A stretch of DNA of 64,000 bases, from contig CAKPLY010000001.1 of the NCBI GenBank assembly GCA_934167825.1, positions 5,508 to 69,507 on the forward strand. The letters are read 5' to 3'. Under the pieces are notes generated by a model. That model was not told the origin of the DNA. It searched no databases and saw nothing but the letters and a program-made list of their open reading frames with translations. The translations under genes and the position numbers were made by a program. Shown here piece after piece: positions 1 through 10,901 of this stretch (positions are counted from its first letter, which is position 1; each line of letters opens with the position of its first letter). The DNA comes from an uncultured Bacilli bacterium. Lineage in GTDB: Bacteria; Bacillota_I; Bacilli_A; RF39; UBA660.

Positions 1-1
1 T

Positions 2-1186
2 AAAGATATTATAAGTAGATTTGATGATTTTAATAAGGTTAATTCTAAGAAGTTAGAGAAGAGATATCAAATACATAGAAAGTTTCATGATAGTATTTAT
101 GAAGAGTTAGAGTTATTAAAGTATGATACTAATGGAAGAAGAATAATAGATGAGAATTTTATTACTATAGATGGATTAAATAGTTTATGTTTGGATGATG
201 CTATATGTATTAAGAAGAATAAAGATGGTAGTTTTTATAATTATGTTGCTATTAGTGATGTTGCGTCTTTTATTCCATATCAAAGTGAATTATATTATGA
301 GGGATTACATAGGGAAGAATCTTTATATTTAATGGATGATGTTATTAGTTTATATCCTAGTATTATTAGTAATAATTATTGTTCTTTACTTCCTAATAAG
401 AATAGAAATGTTATTATATATAAGATGTTTGTAGATCCATATTATAATGTAGATATGGATAGTTTAGAGATAATTAAGGGTGTTATTAAATCTAATTTAA
501 AGTTAGATTATGAAACTGCTAATCATGGTATGGGATTAGATAGTGAAGTAATAGAAATGTTAAATGATTTAGCACTTTTAAGTTTAAAGTTAAGAAGTGA
601 AAATAGTATAAAAGAAAAATATAGAAAGATAGAGAACTTAGTTAGAAATGATGCTAGATATCATCAAAGTTTTTATGTAGATACTTCTATTAGTGCAAAT
701 ATTATTCAAGAAGAGATGTTACTTGTTAATCATTTAGCACCACTATATTTTGAAAAAAGAGGATTAGTATATTTATATCGTAATCATCAGGTTAAGACAG
801 ATAAGTTTATAAATAATGAAATACATAGGTTATTTAATTTATCTCATGTTAGGGAAGATGTTATGAATTATGATAAGATATTTAGTTTACTTAAGGAATG
901 TTATTTAACTGCAGATTATTCTAGTGTTAACTATGGACATGTGGGATTAGGGTATGAATGTTATTCTCATTCTAGTGCTGCTGCTAGAAGAATAGCAGAT
1001 TATTATAATCAATATTTAACTTATGAACAAGTATTTAATAATAATATAAGTTTAAGTAATATTGATAGATTATTTGATGATGCTACTACGGTTGCAAGTA
1101 TTATAAATGATAGAAAGAAAGATAATGATAAATTTATTAGTGAATATAATAGTTTATATAGTAAGAAGTTAATTAGAAAGAAGTGA
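2..1186 (+). CDS. RNase II/R-family 3'-5' exoribonuclease, C-terminal part (5'-truncated by the window edge)
   Basis: The frame is open from position 2. RNB-domain motifs are present (IDGLNSLCLDDAICI; VAISDVASFIPY...L.EEGLHRE.SLYLMDDVISLYP). It lies upstream of miaB. Confidence 0.6.
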   Translation, partial: KDIISRFDDFNKVNSKKLEKRYQIHRKFHDSIYEELELLKYDTNGRRIIDENFITIDGLNSLCLDDAICIKKNKDGSFYNYVAISDVASFIPYQSELYYEGLHREESLYLMDDVISLYPSIISNNYCSLLPNKNRNVIIYKMFVDPYYNVDMDSLEIIKGVIKSNLKLDYETANHGMGLDSEVIEMLNDLALLSLKLRSENSIKEKYRKIENLVRNDARYHQSFYVDTSISANIIQEEMLLVNHLAPLYFEKRGLVYLYRNHQVKTDKFINNEIHRLFNLSHVREDVMNYDKIFSLLKECYLTADYSSVNYGHVGLGYECYSHSSAAARRIADYYNQYLTYEQVFNNNISLSNIDRLFDDATTVASIINDRKKDNDKFISEYNSLYSKKLIRKK

Positions 1187-2613
1187 TGTATATGAATTTA
1201 CCAGATTTAAAGGAAGCAAGAAAAAGAACAGGAAGTAAGACTATAATTAAGTATGATAGTTATAATATAGATTCAAAGTATGAAGATATGGGTAAGGGTA
1301 AGACTTATCATATTTTAACTTATGGTTGTCAAATGAATGTACATGATAGTGAGAATATTTCTGCGATTATGGAAGAATTAGGATATAAAAGAAATGATGA
1401 TATGGAAACAAGTGATGTTATTATATTAAATACTTGTGCGATTAGAGAAAATGCACATAATAAAGTAACTGGTATGCTTGGTAGGATTAAGCATTTAAAG
1501 GAAGAGAAAAGTGATATAGTTACTGTATTATGTGGATGTATGGCACAAGAAGAGGGAATATGTAATTTACTTAAGGATAAATATAAATGGGTTAATGTAG
1601 TTATGGGTACACATAATATTAATAAGTTACCAGAGTATTTATATAATTCTATTAATAATAATGAGTTAGAGATGGAAGTTTTTTCTTGTGAGGGAGAAGT
1701 AATAGAGAATTTACCTGTAAAAAGAGATTCTAAGTATAAAGCATGGGTTAATATTATGTATGGGTGTGATAAGTTTTGTACTTATTGTATAGTTCCTTAT
1801 ACTAGAGGTAAACAAAGAAGCAGGATGCCTGAGGATATAATTAAGGAAGTTTTAGAATTAGTTAATAATGGATATAAAGAAGTTACTTTACTTGGGCAAA
1901 ATGTTAATGCTTATGGTAAGGATTTAGGTATTAATTATGATATGAGTGATTTACTTTTAGATGTTAGTAAGACTAATATTGATAGAATTAGATTTGTTAC
2001 TAGTCATCCTTGGGATTTTACTGATAGAATGATTGAAGTTATTGCAAAGTGTGATAATATTATGCCATATATTCATTTGCCTATTCAGTCTGGAAGTAAT
2101 GAAATACTTAAGAAGATGGGTAGAAGATATACAGTAGAAGAATATAAAACTTTATTTAATAAGATAAAAGAATATATGCCTAATGCTAGTATATCTACGG
2201 ATATTATTGTAGGATTTCCTGGAGAGACAGAAAAAGATTTTAATGATACTTTAGATATTGTTAATGAACTTAAGTTTGATTTAGCGTATACTTTTATTTA
2301 TTCAAAAAGAGAAGGTACACCTGCTTCTAAAATGGAAGATAATGTAAGTGAAGAAGAAAAGAAGAATAGATTACATAAACTTAATGAACTAGTTAATAAG
2401 TATGCGAAAGAAAATAATATGAAATATTTAGGAAAAACTGTTAAGGTACTTCTTGAAGATAAGAGTGAGAAAGATGGATATTTAATGGGATATACTGATA
2501 CTATGAAGTTAGTTAATGTAAAAGCAGATAATTCTTATATAGGTAGTATTGTGGATGTTAAAATAGTAGATGTTAAGACATGGAGTTTAGATGGTGAACT
2601 AGAAAATGTTTAG
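1183..2613 (+). CDS. miaB: tRNA-i6A37 methylthiotransferase MiaB (radical SAM)
   Basis: N-terminal MTTase motifs, a radical-SAM CDKFCTYC cluster and a TRAM-like C-terminus; 476 aa. Confidence 0.85.
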   Translation: MMYMNLPDLKEARKRTGSKTIIKYDSYNIDSKYEDMGKGKTYHILTYGCQMNVHDSENISAIMEELGYKRNDDMETSDVIILNTCAIRENAHNKVTGMLGRIKHLKEEKSDIVTVLCGCMAQEEGICNLLKDKYKWVNVVMGTHNINKLPEYLYNSINNNELEMEVFSCEGEVIENLPVKRDSKYKAWVNIMYGCDKFCTYCIVPYTRGKQRSRMPEDIIKEVLELVNNGYKEVTLLGQNVNAYGKDLGINYDMSDLLLDVSKTNIDRIRFVTSHPWDFTDRMIEVIAKCDNIMPYIHLPIQSGSNEILKKMGRRYTVEEYKTLFNKIKEYMPNASISTDIIVGFPGETEKDFNDTLDIVNELKFDLAYTFIYSKREGTPASKMEDNVSEEEKKNRLHKLNELVNKYAKENNMKYLGKTVKVLLEDKSEKDGYLMGYTDTMKLVNVKADNSYIGSIVDVKIVDVKTWSLDGELENV

Positions 2614-2881
2614 TGTAAGTTCAATTGAAGATAGTTATTTATATAATGAATATAAAAATATATGTAGTATTATAAGTAATGATAAGGAAGTTAATGATTT
2701 ATTAAATGAAATAAAGAAGTTACAAAATAAGAGTGTATTTCTAGAATATAATAATGATTTAGAATTTCTTGAGGTAGAAAAAGAAATAGTTAGAAAAGTA
2801 GATGAACTTAATAATAATACTAATTATAAGAAGTATTTAGAAGAAATGAAAAGATATAATGAGTCATTATTAACTAAGTAA
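2606..2881 (+). CDS. YmcA/YlbF (RicA-like) family small regulator
   Basis: Small helical protein immediately downstream of miaB, as ymcA follows ymcB in Bacillus. Sequence similarity is weak. Confidence 0.4.
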   Translation: MFSVSSIEDSYLYNEYKNICSIISNDKEVNDLLNEIKKLQNKSVFLEYNNDLEFLEVEKEIVRKVDELNNNTNYKKYLEEMKRYNESLLTK

Positions 2882-2892
2882 AAGAGGGATAT

Positions 2893-3588
2893 ATGAGAGT
2901 AGGTATATTTGATTCTGGTATTGGGGGACTTACTGTACTTAATAAATTATCTAGTAAGTATAAGAATAATGATTATATATTTTTTGGGGATAGAATAAAT
3001 ATTCCTTATGGAGAAAAAAGTAAGAAAGAATTATTTGATTTATCTAGTAAGATAATAGACTTTTTAATAAGTAATGAAGTAGATATGATAGTAATAGCAT
3101 GTGGTACAGTAAGTTCTAATTGTTACAAAGAGTTACTAGATAAATATAAGAATATAAATATAGTAGATATTATAAGTCCTACGGTTAATTATATAAATAA
3201 TAAGAAAATAGATAATATACTTGTTATTGCAACTTCTAAAACAGTAGATTCACATATATTTAAGAATTTACTTAAAGATAAAAATGTATATGAGAAGGCT
3301 TGTCCTTTCTTAGTAGATATGATAGAAAATAATAAAGATATTAAATTAGAAGAATGTATAAATGATAAGAAATATGACTATGTACTTTTAGGATGTACAC
3401 ACTATCCACTTATTAAAGATATGATTAAGAATAAGACTATTGATTTAGGAGATATTATTTTTCTTGAAAGTAACAGTGGTACTGGTAGTATAAAGTTATA
3501 TTTTAGTAAGATAGATGATAATTTATTATACAATGTAAGTAAGATACTTGAAGATAAGAAGTATAGTATTAGTTTAAAAGTTTTGTAA
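2893..3588 (+). CDS. murI: glutamate racemase
   Basis: MRVGIFDSGIGGLTV N-terminus; the two Cys-containing active-site regions (ACGT..S; GCTHYP) are present. Confidence 0.85.
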   Translation: MRVGIFDSGIGGLTVLNKLSSKYKNNDYIFFGDRINIPYGEKSKKELFDLSSKIIDFLISNEVDMIVIACGTVSSNCYKELLDKYKNINIVDIISPTVNYINNKKIDNILVIATSKTVDSHIFKNLLKDKNVYEKACPFLVDMIENNKDIKLEECINDKKYDYVLLGCTHYPLIKDMIKNKTIDLGDIIFLESNSGTGSIKLYFSKIDDNLLYNVSKILEDKKYSISLKVL

Positions 3589-3591
3589 GAT

Positions 3592-3630
3592 ATAAAAATA
3601 GTTTCCTAGTTTTTGCTAGGAAATTTTTAA
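3592..3630 (+). terminator. intrinsic terminator after murI
   Basis: The stem tttcctag/ctaggaaa is followed by TTTTT. Confidence 0.6.
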
Positions 3631-3740
3631 TGTACTTGAAAATAACCTTAATTTAGTTAATTATCTTGCTTATTTATAAAAACATGTTATAATATAAACA
3701 CAAGCAAAAGAAATTAGGTAAGTTAAAGGAGAATTATATT

Positions 3741-4586
3741 ATGAATAAGAAATTAATTTCAATTGTTTTATCAACAATTATGACACTAAGTGGAGGGCAA
3801 GTTAAGAAAGATAATAAGAGTGAGTCTAAGTTATATAATGAAGATGAGTTTGTTAGTGAATTTAGTGTAAGTGATGAGGAAGTAAAGGGAAGTAATAAAG
3901 AAAGAGGTCTTATGGACTTAATAGTTAAGGCAGTAAATGTAGTATTAGAAGATAATAGTTTAACTGTTGGAGATTATATGATTTTAAAAAATATTATAGA
4001 AAGTGAGTATGCTAAAACTACTGATGTTAATAAATATGCTTATGTTAGTAGTGAAAGTACTACATTATCTAATGTATGTGAAGATTATATTGGGGATGTT
4101 AAGTTAGATAAATTCCAAAAGGTATATGTTTTATATGAAACTAATGGTTATAGTTATGCTTTATGTGAAAATGGAAGATATGGTTTTATTAAGAAAAGTG
4201 ATTTAACTACATTAGAAGATGAATACATAGAGGTAGATATTAGTGATCAAAAACTTTATTACTATGTAAATAATGAGTTAGTAGTAGAAACTCCAATTAT
4301 TACTGGATATGATAATAAACATGATACAAGACTTGGTAGTTTTCAAATATATGAAAAGACTAAAGGTCGTTATTTAGCAGGAGAAGACTATAGAGTTTGG
4401 GTTGATTATTGGATGCGTTTTGATAAAGGTATAGGACTACATGATGCTTCATGGAGACATGGTGTATTTGGCGGAGAAATATATAAGAAAAATGGAAGTC
4501 ATGGATGTGTAAATATGCCGAGTGATAAAGCAGCATATGTATATGAAAATGCTAAGATGAAAACTAGAGTGTTAGTACATAAATAA
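3741..4586 (+). CDS. L,D-transpeptidase (YkuD family) with N-terminal signal peptide
   Basis: Signal peptide present; the catalytic motif HGCVNM lies near the C-terminus within a YkuD domain. Confidence 0.7.
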   Translation: MNKKLISIVLSTIMTLSGGQVKKDNKSESKLYNEDEFVSEFSVSDEEVKGSNKERGLMDLIVKAVNVVLEDNSLTVGDYMILKNIIESEYAKTTDVNKYAYVSSESTTLSNVCEDYIGDVKLDKFQKVYVLYETNGYSYALCENGRYGFIKKSDLTTLEDEYIEVDISDQKLYYYVNNELVVETPIITGYDNKHDTRLGSFQIYEKTKGRYLAGEDYRVWVDYWMRFDKGIGLHDASWRHGVFGGEIYKKNGSHGCVNMPSDKAAYVYENAKMKTRVLVHK

Positions 4587-4692
4587 GAGGTAAGTAAAAT
4601 AAATAATTAACTTACTTTTTTAATATTTATGTTTAAAAATATGCTTAATTATGATATAATATTTTTTGATTTAGAGGAAGTGAACTAAAAAG

Positions 4693-5721
4693 ATGAAGAC
4701 TGATGATTTTGATTATTATTTGCCAGAGGAACTTATTGCACAAACACCGTTAGAGAAAAGGGATAGTTCTAGACTTATGGTATTAAATAGAGAAACTAAA
4801 GAAATTAAGCATGAGGTGTTTTCTAATATTACTTCTTATTTAAAGAGTGGGGATGTACTTGTACTTAACGATACTAAGGTAATACCTGCGAGACTTATTG
4901 GAGTAAAAGAAGAAACTAATGCTACTATAGAGATATTACTTTTAAAAGATATAGTGGATGATATTTGGGAATGTTTAGTTAAACCTGCAAAGAGGGTACA
5001 TGAAGGAACTATTATTTCTTTTGGGGATGGACTACTTAAAGCAAGGTGTATTAAAGTATTAGATGAGGGAATAAGACATTTTGAACTTATTTATGACGGG
5101 ATACTTTATGAAATACTTGATAAACTTGGTACTATGCCGCTTCCTCCATATATTAAAGAAACTTTAAGTGACCAAGATAGATACCAAACAGTGTATGCAA
5201 AAAACATAGGAAGTGCTGCTGCTCCAACGGCAGGCTTACATTTTACTAAAGAGTTATTAGAACGTATTAAAAGTATGGGAGTTACTATTTGTTATGTAAC
5301 ATTACATGTTGGACTTGGTACTTTTAGACCAGTTAATGTAAGCGATGTTAAGACACATAAGATGCATAGTGAGTTTTATATGATGACTAAAGAAGTAGCA
5401 GATATATTAAATGATGCTAAGAGTAAGGGAAGAAGAATAATTAGTGTTGGTACTACTACTACTAGAGTATTAGAGACTATTATGAGTAAATATGGTAAGT
5501 TTACGGAGTGTCAAGGGAATACTGATATATTTATATATCCAGGATATGTTTTTAAAGGAATAGATGCATTAATTACTAATTTTCATTTACCAAAGTCTAC
5601 GTTAATTATGTTAGTGTCTGCTTTAGCAGGTAAAGATTTAATACTAGATGCTTATAAGGTAGCAGTAGAAAATAAATATCGTTTCTTTTCTTTTGGAGAT
5701 GCAATGTTTATAACAAAATAA
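4693..5721 (+). CDS. queA: S-adenosylmethionine:tRNA ribosyltransferase-isomerase
   Basis: FDYxLPxELIAQ N-terminus, typical length and internal motifs. Confidence 0.85.
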   Translation: MKTDDFDYYLPEELIAQTPLEKRDSSRLMVLNRETKEIKHEVFSNITSYLKSGDVLVLNDTKVIPARLIGVKEETNATIEILLLKDIVDDIWECLVKPAKRVHEGTIISFGDGLLKARCIKVLDEGIRHFELIYDGILYEILDKLGTMPLPPYIKETLSDQDRYQTVYAKNIGSAAAPTAGLHFTKELLERIKSMGVTICYVTLHVGLGTFRPVNVSDVKTHKMHSEFYMMTKEVADILNDAKSKGRRIISVGTTTTRVLETIMSKYGKFTECQGNTDIFIYPGYVFKGIDALITNFHLPKSTLIMLVSALAGKDLILDAYKVAVENKYRFFSFGDAMFITK

Positions 5722-5739
5722 TATATAGGAGGTACATTT

Positions 5740-7482
5740 ATGAATAATAATATATCCAATGAAATATTAAATAGAAGTGATATAGTAGAAGTAATAAGTA
5801 AGTATGTACCTTTATCTAAAAGAGGAAAGAATTATTTTGGACTATGTCCATTTCATGATGATCATAATGAGAGTATGAGTGTTAGTCCAGAAAAGCAAAT
5901 ATTTAAGTGTTTTGCCTGTGGGGAAAGTGGTAATGTATTTTCTTTTATTGCTAAATATAATAATATATCTTTTGGAGAAGCAATAAAACTTCTTGGGGAA
6001 GATTTAGGTATTTCAGTTTCTGGTACTTTAAAAAAAGAAGTTACTAAATATAAAGAGGATTATGATATATATGAGTTATCTACTAAGATATATCAAAATA
6101 ATTTAAATACTTCAAGTGGTAAGGGAGCAATGGAATACTTAGAAAAAAGGGGAATAACTAATGATGCAATAAAGAAGTTTAGGATAGGGGTATCACTTAG
6201 TAAGAGTATTTTAGTACCTTATTTGAAAGAAAAAAAGTATAGTGTTAGTAAATTAATTGATCTTGGAATAGCAAATGAGTATGAGAGAGATAAATTCCAG
6301 AATAGAATTATGTTTCCTTTGTTTGATTTAAAGGGTAATGTTGTTGCGTTTTCTGGTAGAATTTATAATACTGATAGTGAATCAAAATATATTAATACTA
6401 TGGAGACAGAGATATTTAAAAAGGGTGAGTTATTATATAATTATCATAATGCTAGAGATAATTTGAAGAAGACAGATTATGTTATAGTTATGGAAGGATT
6501 TATGGATGTTATAAGAGCAAGTATTGTAGGAATAGATAATTGTGTTGCTACAATGGGTACTGCTTTAACTAAAGAACATGTTAATCTTTTAAAGAAAATT
6601 ACTGATAATATAATACTTTGTTTTGATGGAGATAAGGCAGGAGAAAAGGCTACTATTTCTGCACTTAAGTTAATGGAAGAATTAAATATTACTCCAAAGA
6701 TAATTAGATTAAAAGAAAATTTAGACCCTGATGAGTACATAATAAAGTATGGTAAGGAAGCATTTGAATTAGAAATAGATAATGCAATTACACCACTAGA
6801 CTTTAAATTGAGGTTATATAAGAACGATAAGAAGTTAAATAATGAAGAGGATTTATCTAAATATTTAAATGAAGCACTTATGGAACTTACTAAGGAAAAA
6901 GATGAAATTTTAGTAGATTTGACAATTAAAAAATTAAGTTCTTTATATAATTCTAATTATGATATTTTAAAAAATACGTATAATAAGTTTCTTGCTAGTA
7001 AAAATAAAAAAGAAAAAGATTTACAAAATAACATATCCGTGATAAAATATACAAGCAAGGAAAGAAAACTAACACAATATAGAAAAGCAGAATATTATTT
7101 AATGTATTATATGTTACTTAGTGATATGGTAATAGATAAAGTTAATAATGAGGTTATTTATTTTATGGATGAGGACATAAAATATTTATCTAATGAAATA
7201 ATAAATTATAGGGATAAGTATGGTATAATTAATATATCTAGTTTTATAAGTTATGTTAATGATAAGGAAGAATTGAGAAACTTATTAAATGATATTATAT
7301 CTTTTGTGGATAAAGATGAGTTTGTAGAGGAAGAGATTGATGACTATATTAAAGTAATCAATAATAATTTAAAAAAGGATAGGATAAAATCTTTAGAGCA
7401 AGAGTTAAAGAATGAATATGATCCATTTAAAAAGGCAGATATATTAAGTAAAATCATGGAGATAAAAGGAGTGAAACTATGA
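5740..7482 (+). CDS. dnaG: DNA primase
   Basis: Zinc-ribbon [13 protein letters not shown]...CFACG, a Toprim domain (EGFMDVI, DGDKAG), and the dnaG-sigA operon context. Confidence 0.9.
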   Translation: MNNNISNEILNRSDIVEVISKYVPLSKRGKNYFGLCPFHDDHNESMSVSPEKQIFKCFACGESGNVFSFIAKYNNISFGEAIKLLGEDLGISVSGTLKKEVTKYKEDYDIYELSTKIYQNNLNTSSGKGAMEYLEKRGITNDAIKKFRIGVSLSKSILVPYLKEKKYSVSKLIDLGIANEYERDKFQNRIMFPLFDLKGNVVAFSGRIYNTDSESKYINTMETEIFKKGELLYNYHNARDNLKKTDYVIVMEGFMDVIRASIVGIDNCVATMGTALTKEHVNLLKKITDNIILCFDGDKAGEKATISALKLMEELNITPKIIRLKENLDPDEYIIKYGKEAFELEIDNAITPLDFKLRLYKNDKKLNNEEDLSKYLNEALMELTKEKDEILVDLTIKKLSSLYNSNYDILKNTYNKFLASKNKKEKDLQNNISVIKYTSKERKLTQYRKAEYYLMYYMLLSDMVIDKVNNEVIYFMDEDIKYLSNEIINYRDKYGIINISSFISYVNDKEELRNLLNDIISFVDKDEFVEEEIDDYIKVINNNLKKDRIKSLEQELKNEYDPFKKADILSKIMEIKGVKL

Positions 7483-8576
7483 TAAACGAAATTAAACCAT
7501 TTGAAGAAAGAAAAAATGAGATAGTAAAGAAAGCAAAAGAAGTTGGATTTATTACTTATGAAATGCTTGCTAATGAACTTAAAGGATTAGATTTAGAAAG
7601 TGAACAACTAGATGAATTATATGATGCTTTTGTAAAAGAAGGAATAGAGATAGTAAGTGAAGATGATAATGCAGGAGAAGATGACGATGGTGGTGGAGAG
7701 TCTATCGAAGATATTTTAAAGGATTCTACTATTGCAAAGGAACTTACTGTAAGTGATCCTGTTAGAATGTATTTAAAAGAAATTGGTAAAATAAGTTTAT
7801 TATCACTTGAGGAAGAAACAAAACTTAGTGAAAGAATTGTAAATGGAGATGAGGAAGCTAAAAATATTTTAGCAGAATCTAATTTACGTTTAGTTGTATC
7901 TATTGCTAAAAGATATGTAGGTCGTGGAATGCTATTTTTAGACCTTATTCAAGAGGGAAATATTGGACTTATGAAAGCAGTTGAAAAGTTTGATGCTAAT
8001 AAGGGATATAAGTTTTCTACTTATGCTACATGGTGGATACGTCAAGCAATAACTCGTGCAATTGCGGATCAAGCAAGAACTATTAGAGTACCAGTACATA
8101 TGGTTGAAACTATTAATAAATTATCACGTTGTCAAAGACAACTTACTTTAGAGTTAAACCGTGAACCAACTGATGAAGAATTAGCAAAGAAAATGGGAAC
8201 TACTCCTGATAAAATCCGTGAAGTACTTAAAATTGCACAAGATCCAGTTAGTTTAGAAACTCCAATTGGAGAAGAAGATGATTCACATTTAGGAGATTTT
8301 GTTAAGGATGAAAGAAGTATGTCTCCAGAAGAGTATACAATTCATGAGATGTTAAAAGACGAGATAAGTGATGTATTACTTACTTTAACAGAAAGAGAAG
8401 AACAAGTATTAAGACTTAGATTTGGACTTGATGATGGAAGCTGTAAGACTTTAGAAGAAGTTGGACAGATGTTTGGAGTAACTAGAGAAAGAATTAGACA
8501 AATTGAAGCAAAAGCACTTAGAAAGTTACGTCATCCATCAAGAAGTAGAAAATTAAAGGATTTTATGAATGATTAA
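7479..8576 (+). CDS. sigA: RNA polymerase sigma-70 factor SigA/RpoD
   Basis: Regions 1.2-4 are present: [61 protein letters not shown]. Confidence 0.95.
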   Translation: MINEIKPFEERKNEIVKKAKEVGFITYEMLANELKGLDLESEQLDELYDAFVKEGIEIVSEDDNAGEDDDGGGESIEDILKDSTIAKELTVSDPVRMYLKEIGKISLLSLEEETKLSERIVNGDEEAKNILAESNLRLVVSIAKRYVGRGMLFLDLIQEGNIGLMKAVEKFDANKGYKFSTYATWWIRQAITRAIADQARTIRVPVHMVETINKLSRCQRQLTLELNREPTDEELAKKMGTTPDKIREVLKIAQDPVSLETPIGEEDDSHLGDFVKDERSMSPEEYTIHEMLKDEISDVLLTLTEREEQVLRLRFGLDDGSCKTLEEVGQMFGVTRERIRQIEAKALRKLRHPSRSRKLKDFMND

Positions 8577-9237
8577 GTTATCTAATAGATTAAAAAAAAT
8601 AAGTGATTATGTAAGTGATAACGTATCTTTAGTAGATATTGGGTGTGATCATGCACTTTTAGATATATATTTATGTCAAAATAGAAAAAATATTAAGATT
8701 ATTGCTAGTGATATAAATGAGAATGCACTTAAGGGCGCAAGAAGTAATATAAAAAAAGAACATTTAGAAGACAAAATAGAAGTAAGATGTTCTAATGGAC
8801 TTGATAAGATAGAGAAGGATGAAATAGATACTATTGTAGTGTCTGGTATGGGTAGTCATACAATAATTGGAATATTTCATGCTAATTTAAGTAAGTTAAA
8901 GAATGTTAAAAGTATAATAATACAAAGTAATAATCATGAGTATTTTTTAAGAAAGAAAATGTGTGAGTTAGGGTATTATATAGAGGATGAATCTTTAGTA
9001 AAAGAGGGTAATATTATTTATACTATAATTTTATTTAAGAAGGGATATAGATATTATAGTTATAAGAGCAAGTTACTTGGTCCTATATTACTTAAAACAA
9101 ATAGTGATTTATTTAAAGAAAAATGTAGTAAAGAACTAGAGAAATTAAGATATATATATAGTGTAATACCTAAGAAAAACATAATTTATAAGTTAAAAAC
9201 TAAATATAAGATAAGAATGTTAGAAAGTATCAAATAG
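8569..9237 (+). CDS. trmK: tRNA (adenine22-N1)-methyltransferase TrmK
   Basis: [13 protein letters not shown] motif; sits downstream of sigA as yqfN/trmK does in Bacillus. Confidence 0.75.
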   Translation: MIKLSNRLKKISDYVSDNVSLVDIGCDHALLDIYLCQNRKNIKIIASDINENALKGARSNIKKEHLEDKIEVRCSNGLDKIEKDEIDTIVVSGMGSHTIIGIFHANLSKLKNVKSIIIQSNNHEYFLRKKMCELGYYIEDESLVKEGNIIYTIILFKKGYRYYSYKSKLLGPILLKTNSDLFKEKCSKELEKLRYIYSVIPKKNIIYKLKTKYKIRMLESIK

Positions 9238-9257
9238 AGCTCTTTGATACTTTTTTT
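9226..9257 (+). terminator. intrinsic terminator of trmK (first copy of duplicated segment begins here)
   Basis: The 9-bp stem agtatcaaa/tttgatact is followed by T7. Confidence 0.7.
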
Positions 9258-9295
9258 AAGTTTTTTATGAACTTATGATATCTCACACTGAAAAT

Positions 9296-9320
9296 TTTTG
9301 CCACTAGTGGCACTTTTTTT
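9296..9320 (+). terminator. second intrinsic terminator; perfect palindrome gccactagtggc + T7
   Basis: Seen directly. An identical element recurs at 10754-10778. Confidence 0.6.
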
Positions 9321-9418
9321 CAATGGGACACTTGCTTTTTATGAGTAACTGTTGTATAATTATGTTAGAATTTTGATGTAAAGTTATAATATAAGAGATT
9401 TTAATAAATAAAGGAGAA

Positions 9419-10666
9419 ATGTTTATGAATATAATTAAAAGACAAAATTATTTAGATGAATTAATATCTGCACGTGAAAATAGATTGATAAAAGTGATTA
9501 CTGGAATAAGAAGATGTGGAAAGTCTTTTTTATTAGATCCTATATTTAAAAATTATTTGATTGAAGATGGTGTAAGTGATGATCATATTATTAAGTTAGA
9601 TTTAGATTTAATTGAAAATAGTAAATATAGAGAACCAATGGAATTGTTTAATTATGTAATGAATAAAGTAAAAGATAAAAACACTTATTATGTTTTACTT
9701 GATGAAATACAGTTGGTAAAAAATTTTGAGGAAGTATTAAATAGTTTTTTAAAAAAAGATAATTTAGATGTATATGTTACTGGTTCAAACTCGAAATTTT
9801 TATCTAGTGATATAATAACTGAATTTAGAGGTAGGAGTACTGAAATAAAAATTTATCCATTATCATTTAGTGAATTTATTGAACTTAAGCAAATTCCTAA
9901 AGAAGAAGCATGGAAAGAATATTCTTTGTATGGTGGACTTCCTCCGGTTGTACTTCAACAAAATGAAAAACAAAAAAGAGATTATTTGCTTAGTTTATTT
10001 GAAACTACATATTTAAAAGATATTGTTGAAAGAAACGAAGTTAAGAGAAAAGATGTTTTGGATGTTGTTGTAAATATTTTAGCATCTTCGGTAGGTTCTT
10101 TGACTAATCCATTAAATATTTATAATACATATACAAGTATTGGTGATAAAAGTATTTCTCTTAATACAATTACTTCTTATATTGAGTATTTAGAAAATGC
10201 TTTTCTTGTTAAAAAAGTAGAACGATATGATGTTAAAGGAAGAAAATATATTTCTACACCATTTAAATATTATTTTACTGATATAGGACTTAGAAATGTA
10301 AGATTAAATTTTAGGCAACAAGAGGAAAACCATATTATGGAAAATGTTATTTATAATGAATTATTAGTGAGGGGTTATAGTGTTGATGTTGGCGTTGTAG
10401 AATCAAAGAATAGTAATGGAAGAACTTATTATGAAATAGATTTTATATGCAATATGGCAAGTAATAGATATTATATACAATCTGCTTTAAATATAGATTC
10501 TAAGGAAAAAAATTACCAAGAGTCTAGACCATTAAATTGTGCTAATGATAATTTTAAAAAAATTATTGTGGTAAAAGATGATATAAATGCTTGGCATAAT
10601 GAAGATGGAATTTTAATTGTTGGAATAAAAGAATTTTTACTAAATAAAGATAGTTTAAATTTATAA
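9419..10666 (+). CDS. AAA-type ATPase of the DUF4143 family (ATP-binding protein); likely true start at 9425
   Basis: Walker A GIRRCGKS and DUF4143-like C-terminal region. The SD aaaggagaa is better spaced for the ATG at 9425. Confidence 0.65.
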   Translation: MFMNIIKRQNYLDELISARENRLIKVITGIRRCGKSFLLDPIFKNYLIEDGVSDDHIIKLDLDLIENSKYREPMELFNYVMNKVKDKNTYYVLLDEIQLVKNFEEVLNSFLKKDNLDVYVTGSNSKFLSSDIITEFRGRSTEIKIYPLSFSEFIELKQIPKEEAWKEYSLYGGLPPVVLQQNEKQKRDYLLSLFETTYLKDIVERNEVKRKDVLDVVVNILASSVGSLTNPLNIYNTYTSIGDKSISLNTITSYIEYLENAFLVKKVERYDVKGRKYISTPFKYYFTDIGLRNVRLNFRQQEENHIMENVIYNELLVRGYSVDVGVVESKNSNGRTYYEIDFICNMASNRYYIQSALNIDSKEKNYQESRPLNCANDNFKKIIVVKDDINAWHNEDGILIVGIKEFLLNKDSLNL

Positions 10667-10682
10667 ATTTTAATGGAAAGTT

Positions 10683-10715
10683 GTATCAGTTAGAAATTTA
10701 ATTGATACTTTTTTT
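10683..10715 (+). terminator. intrinsic terminator after the ATPase gene
   Basis: The stem gtatcagtt/aattgatac is followed by T7. Confidence 0.6.
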
Positions 10716-10753
10716 AGTTTTTTATGAACTTATGATGTTTTTTTCTTTAAAAT

Positions 10754-10778
10754 TTTTGCCACTAGTGGCACTTTTTTT
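10754..10778 (+). terminator. palindrome gccactagtggc + T7 (second copy)
   Basis: Identical to the element at 9296-9320. Confidence 0.6.
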
Positions 10779-10840
10779 CAGTGTAATATTTCTTTGTTGT
10801 AAATAATATTTATAATTAAATTAATATTTGTTGATTTTGT

Positions 10841-10876
10841 TTGACAATTACACTGAAAAATTATATAATTTCAGTG
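10841..10876 (+). promoter_or_regulatory. sigma-A promoter of uvrC (TTGACA-17-TATAAT) overlapped by an 8-bp inverted repeat CACTGAAA..TTTCAGTG
   Basis: Consensus hexamers with exact 17-bp spacing. The inverted repeat brackets the -10 hexamer. Confidence 0.6.
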
Positions 10877-10901
10877 TAATTTAAAAAGAAAAGGTGATAT
10901 T

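Noticed and set aside
6477-6740. Minus-strand ORF inside dnaG (similar nested antisense ORFs at 12801-13001, 16379-16612, 28800-29075, 29299-29937, 32458-33654, 34570-34806, 39977-41108, 47788-48075, 54999-55436)
   Set aside because: All are antisense to, or nested in, confidently assigned genes. They have AT-rich low-complexity translations and no ribosome-binding sites.
10851-10876. LexA/SOS box at the uvrC promoter
   Set aside because: The inverted repeat CACTGAAA..TTTCAGTG matches neither the Firmicutes Cheo box (CGAAC-N4-GTTCG) nor the CTGT-N8-ACAG type. I kept it as an unknown operator only.
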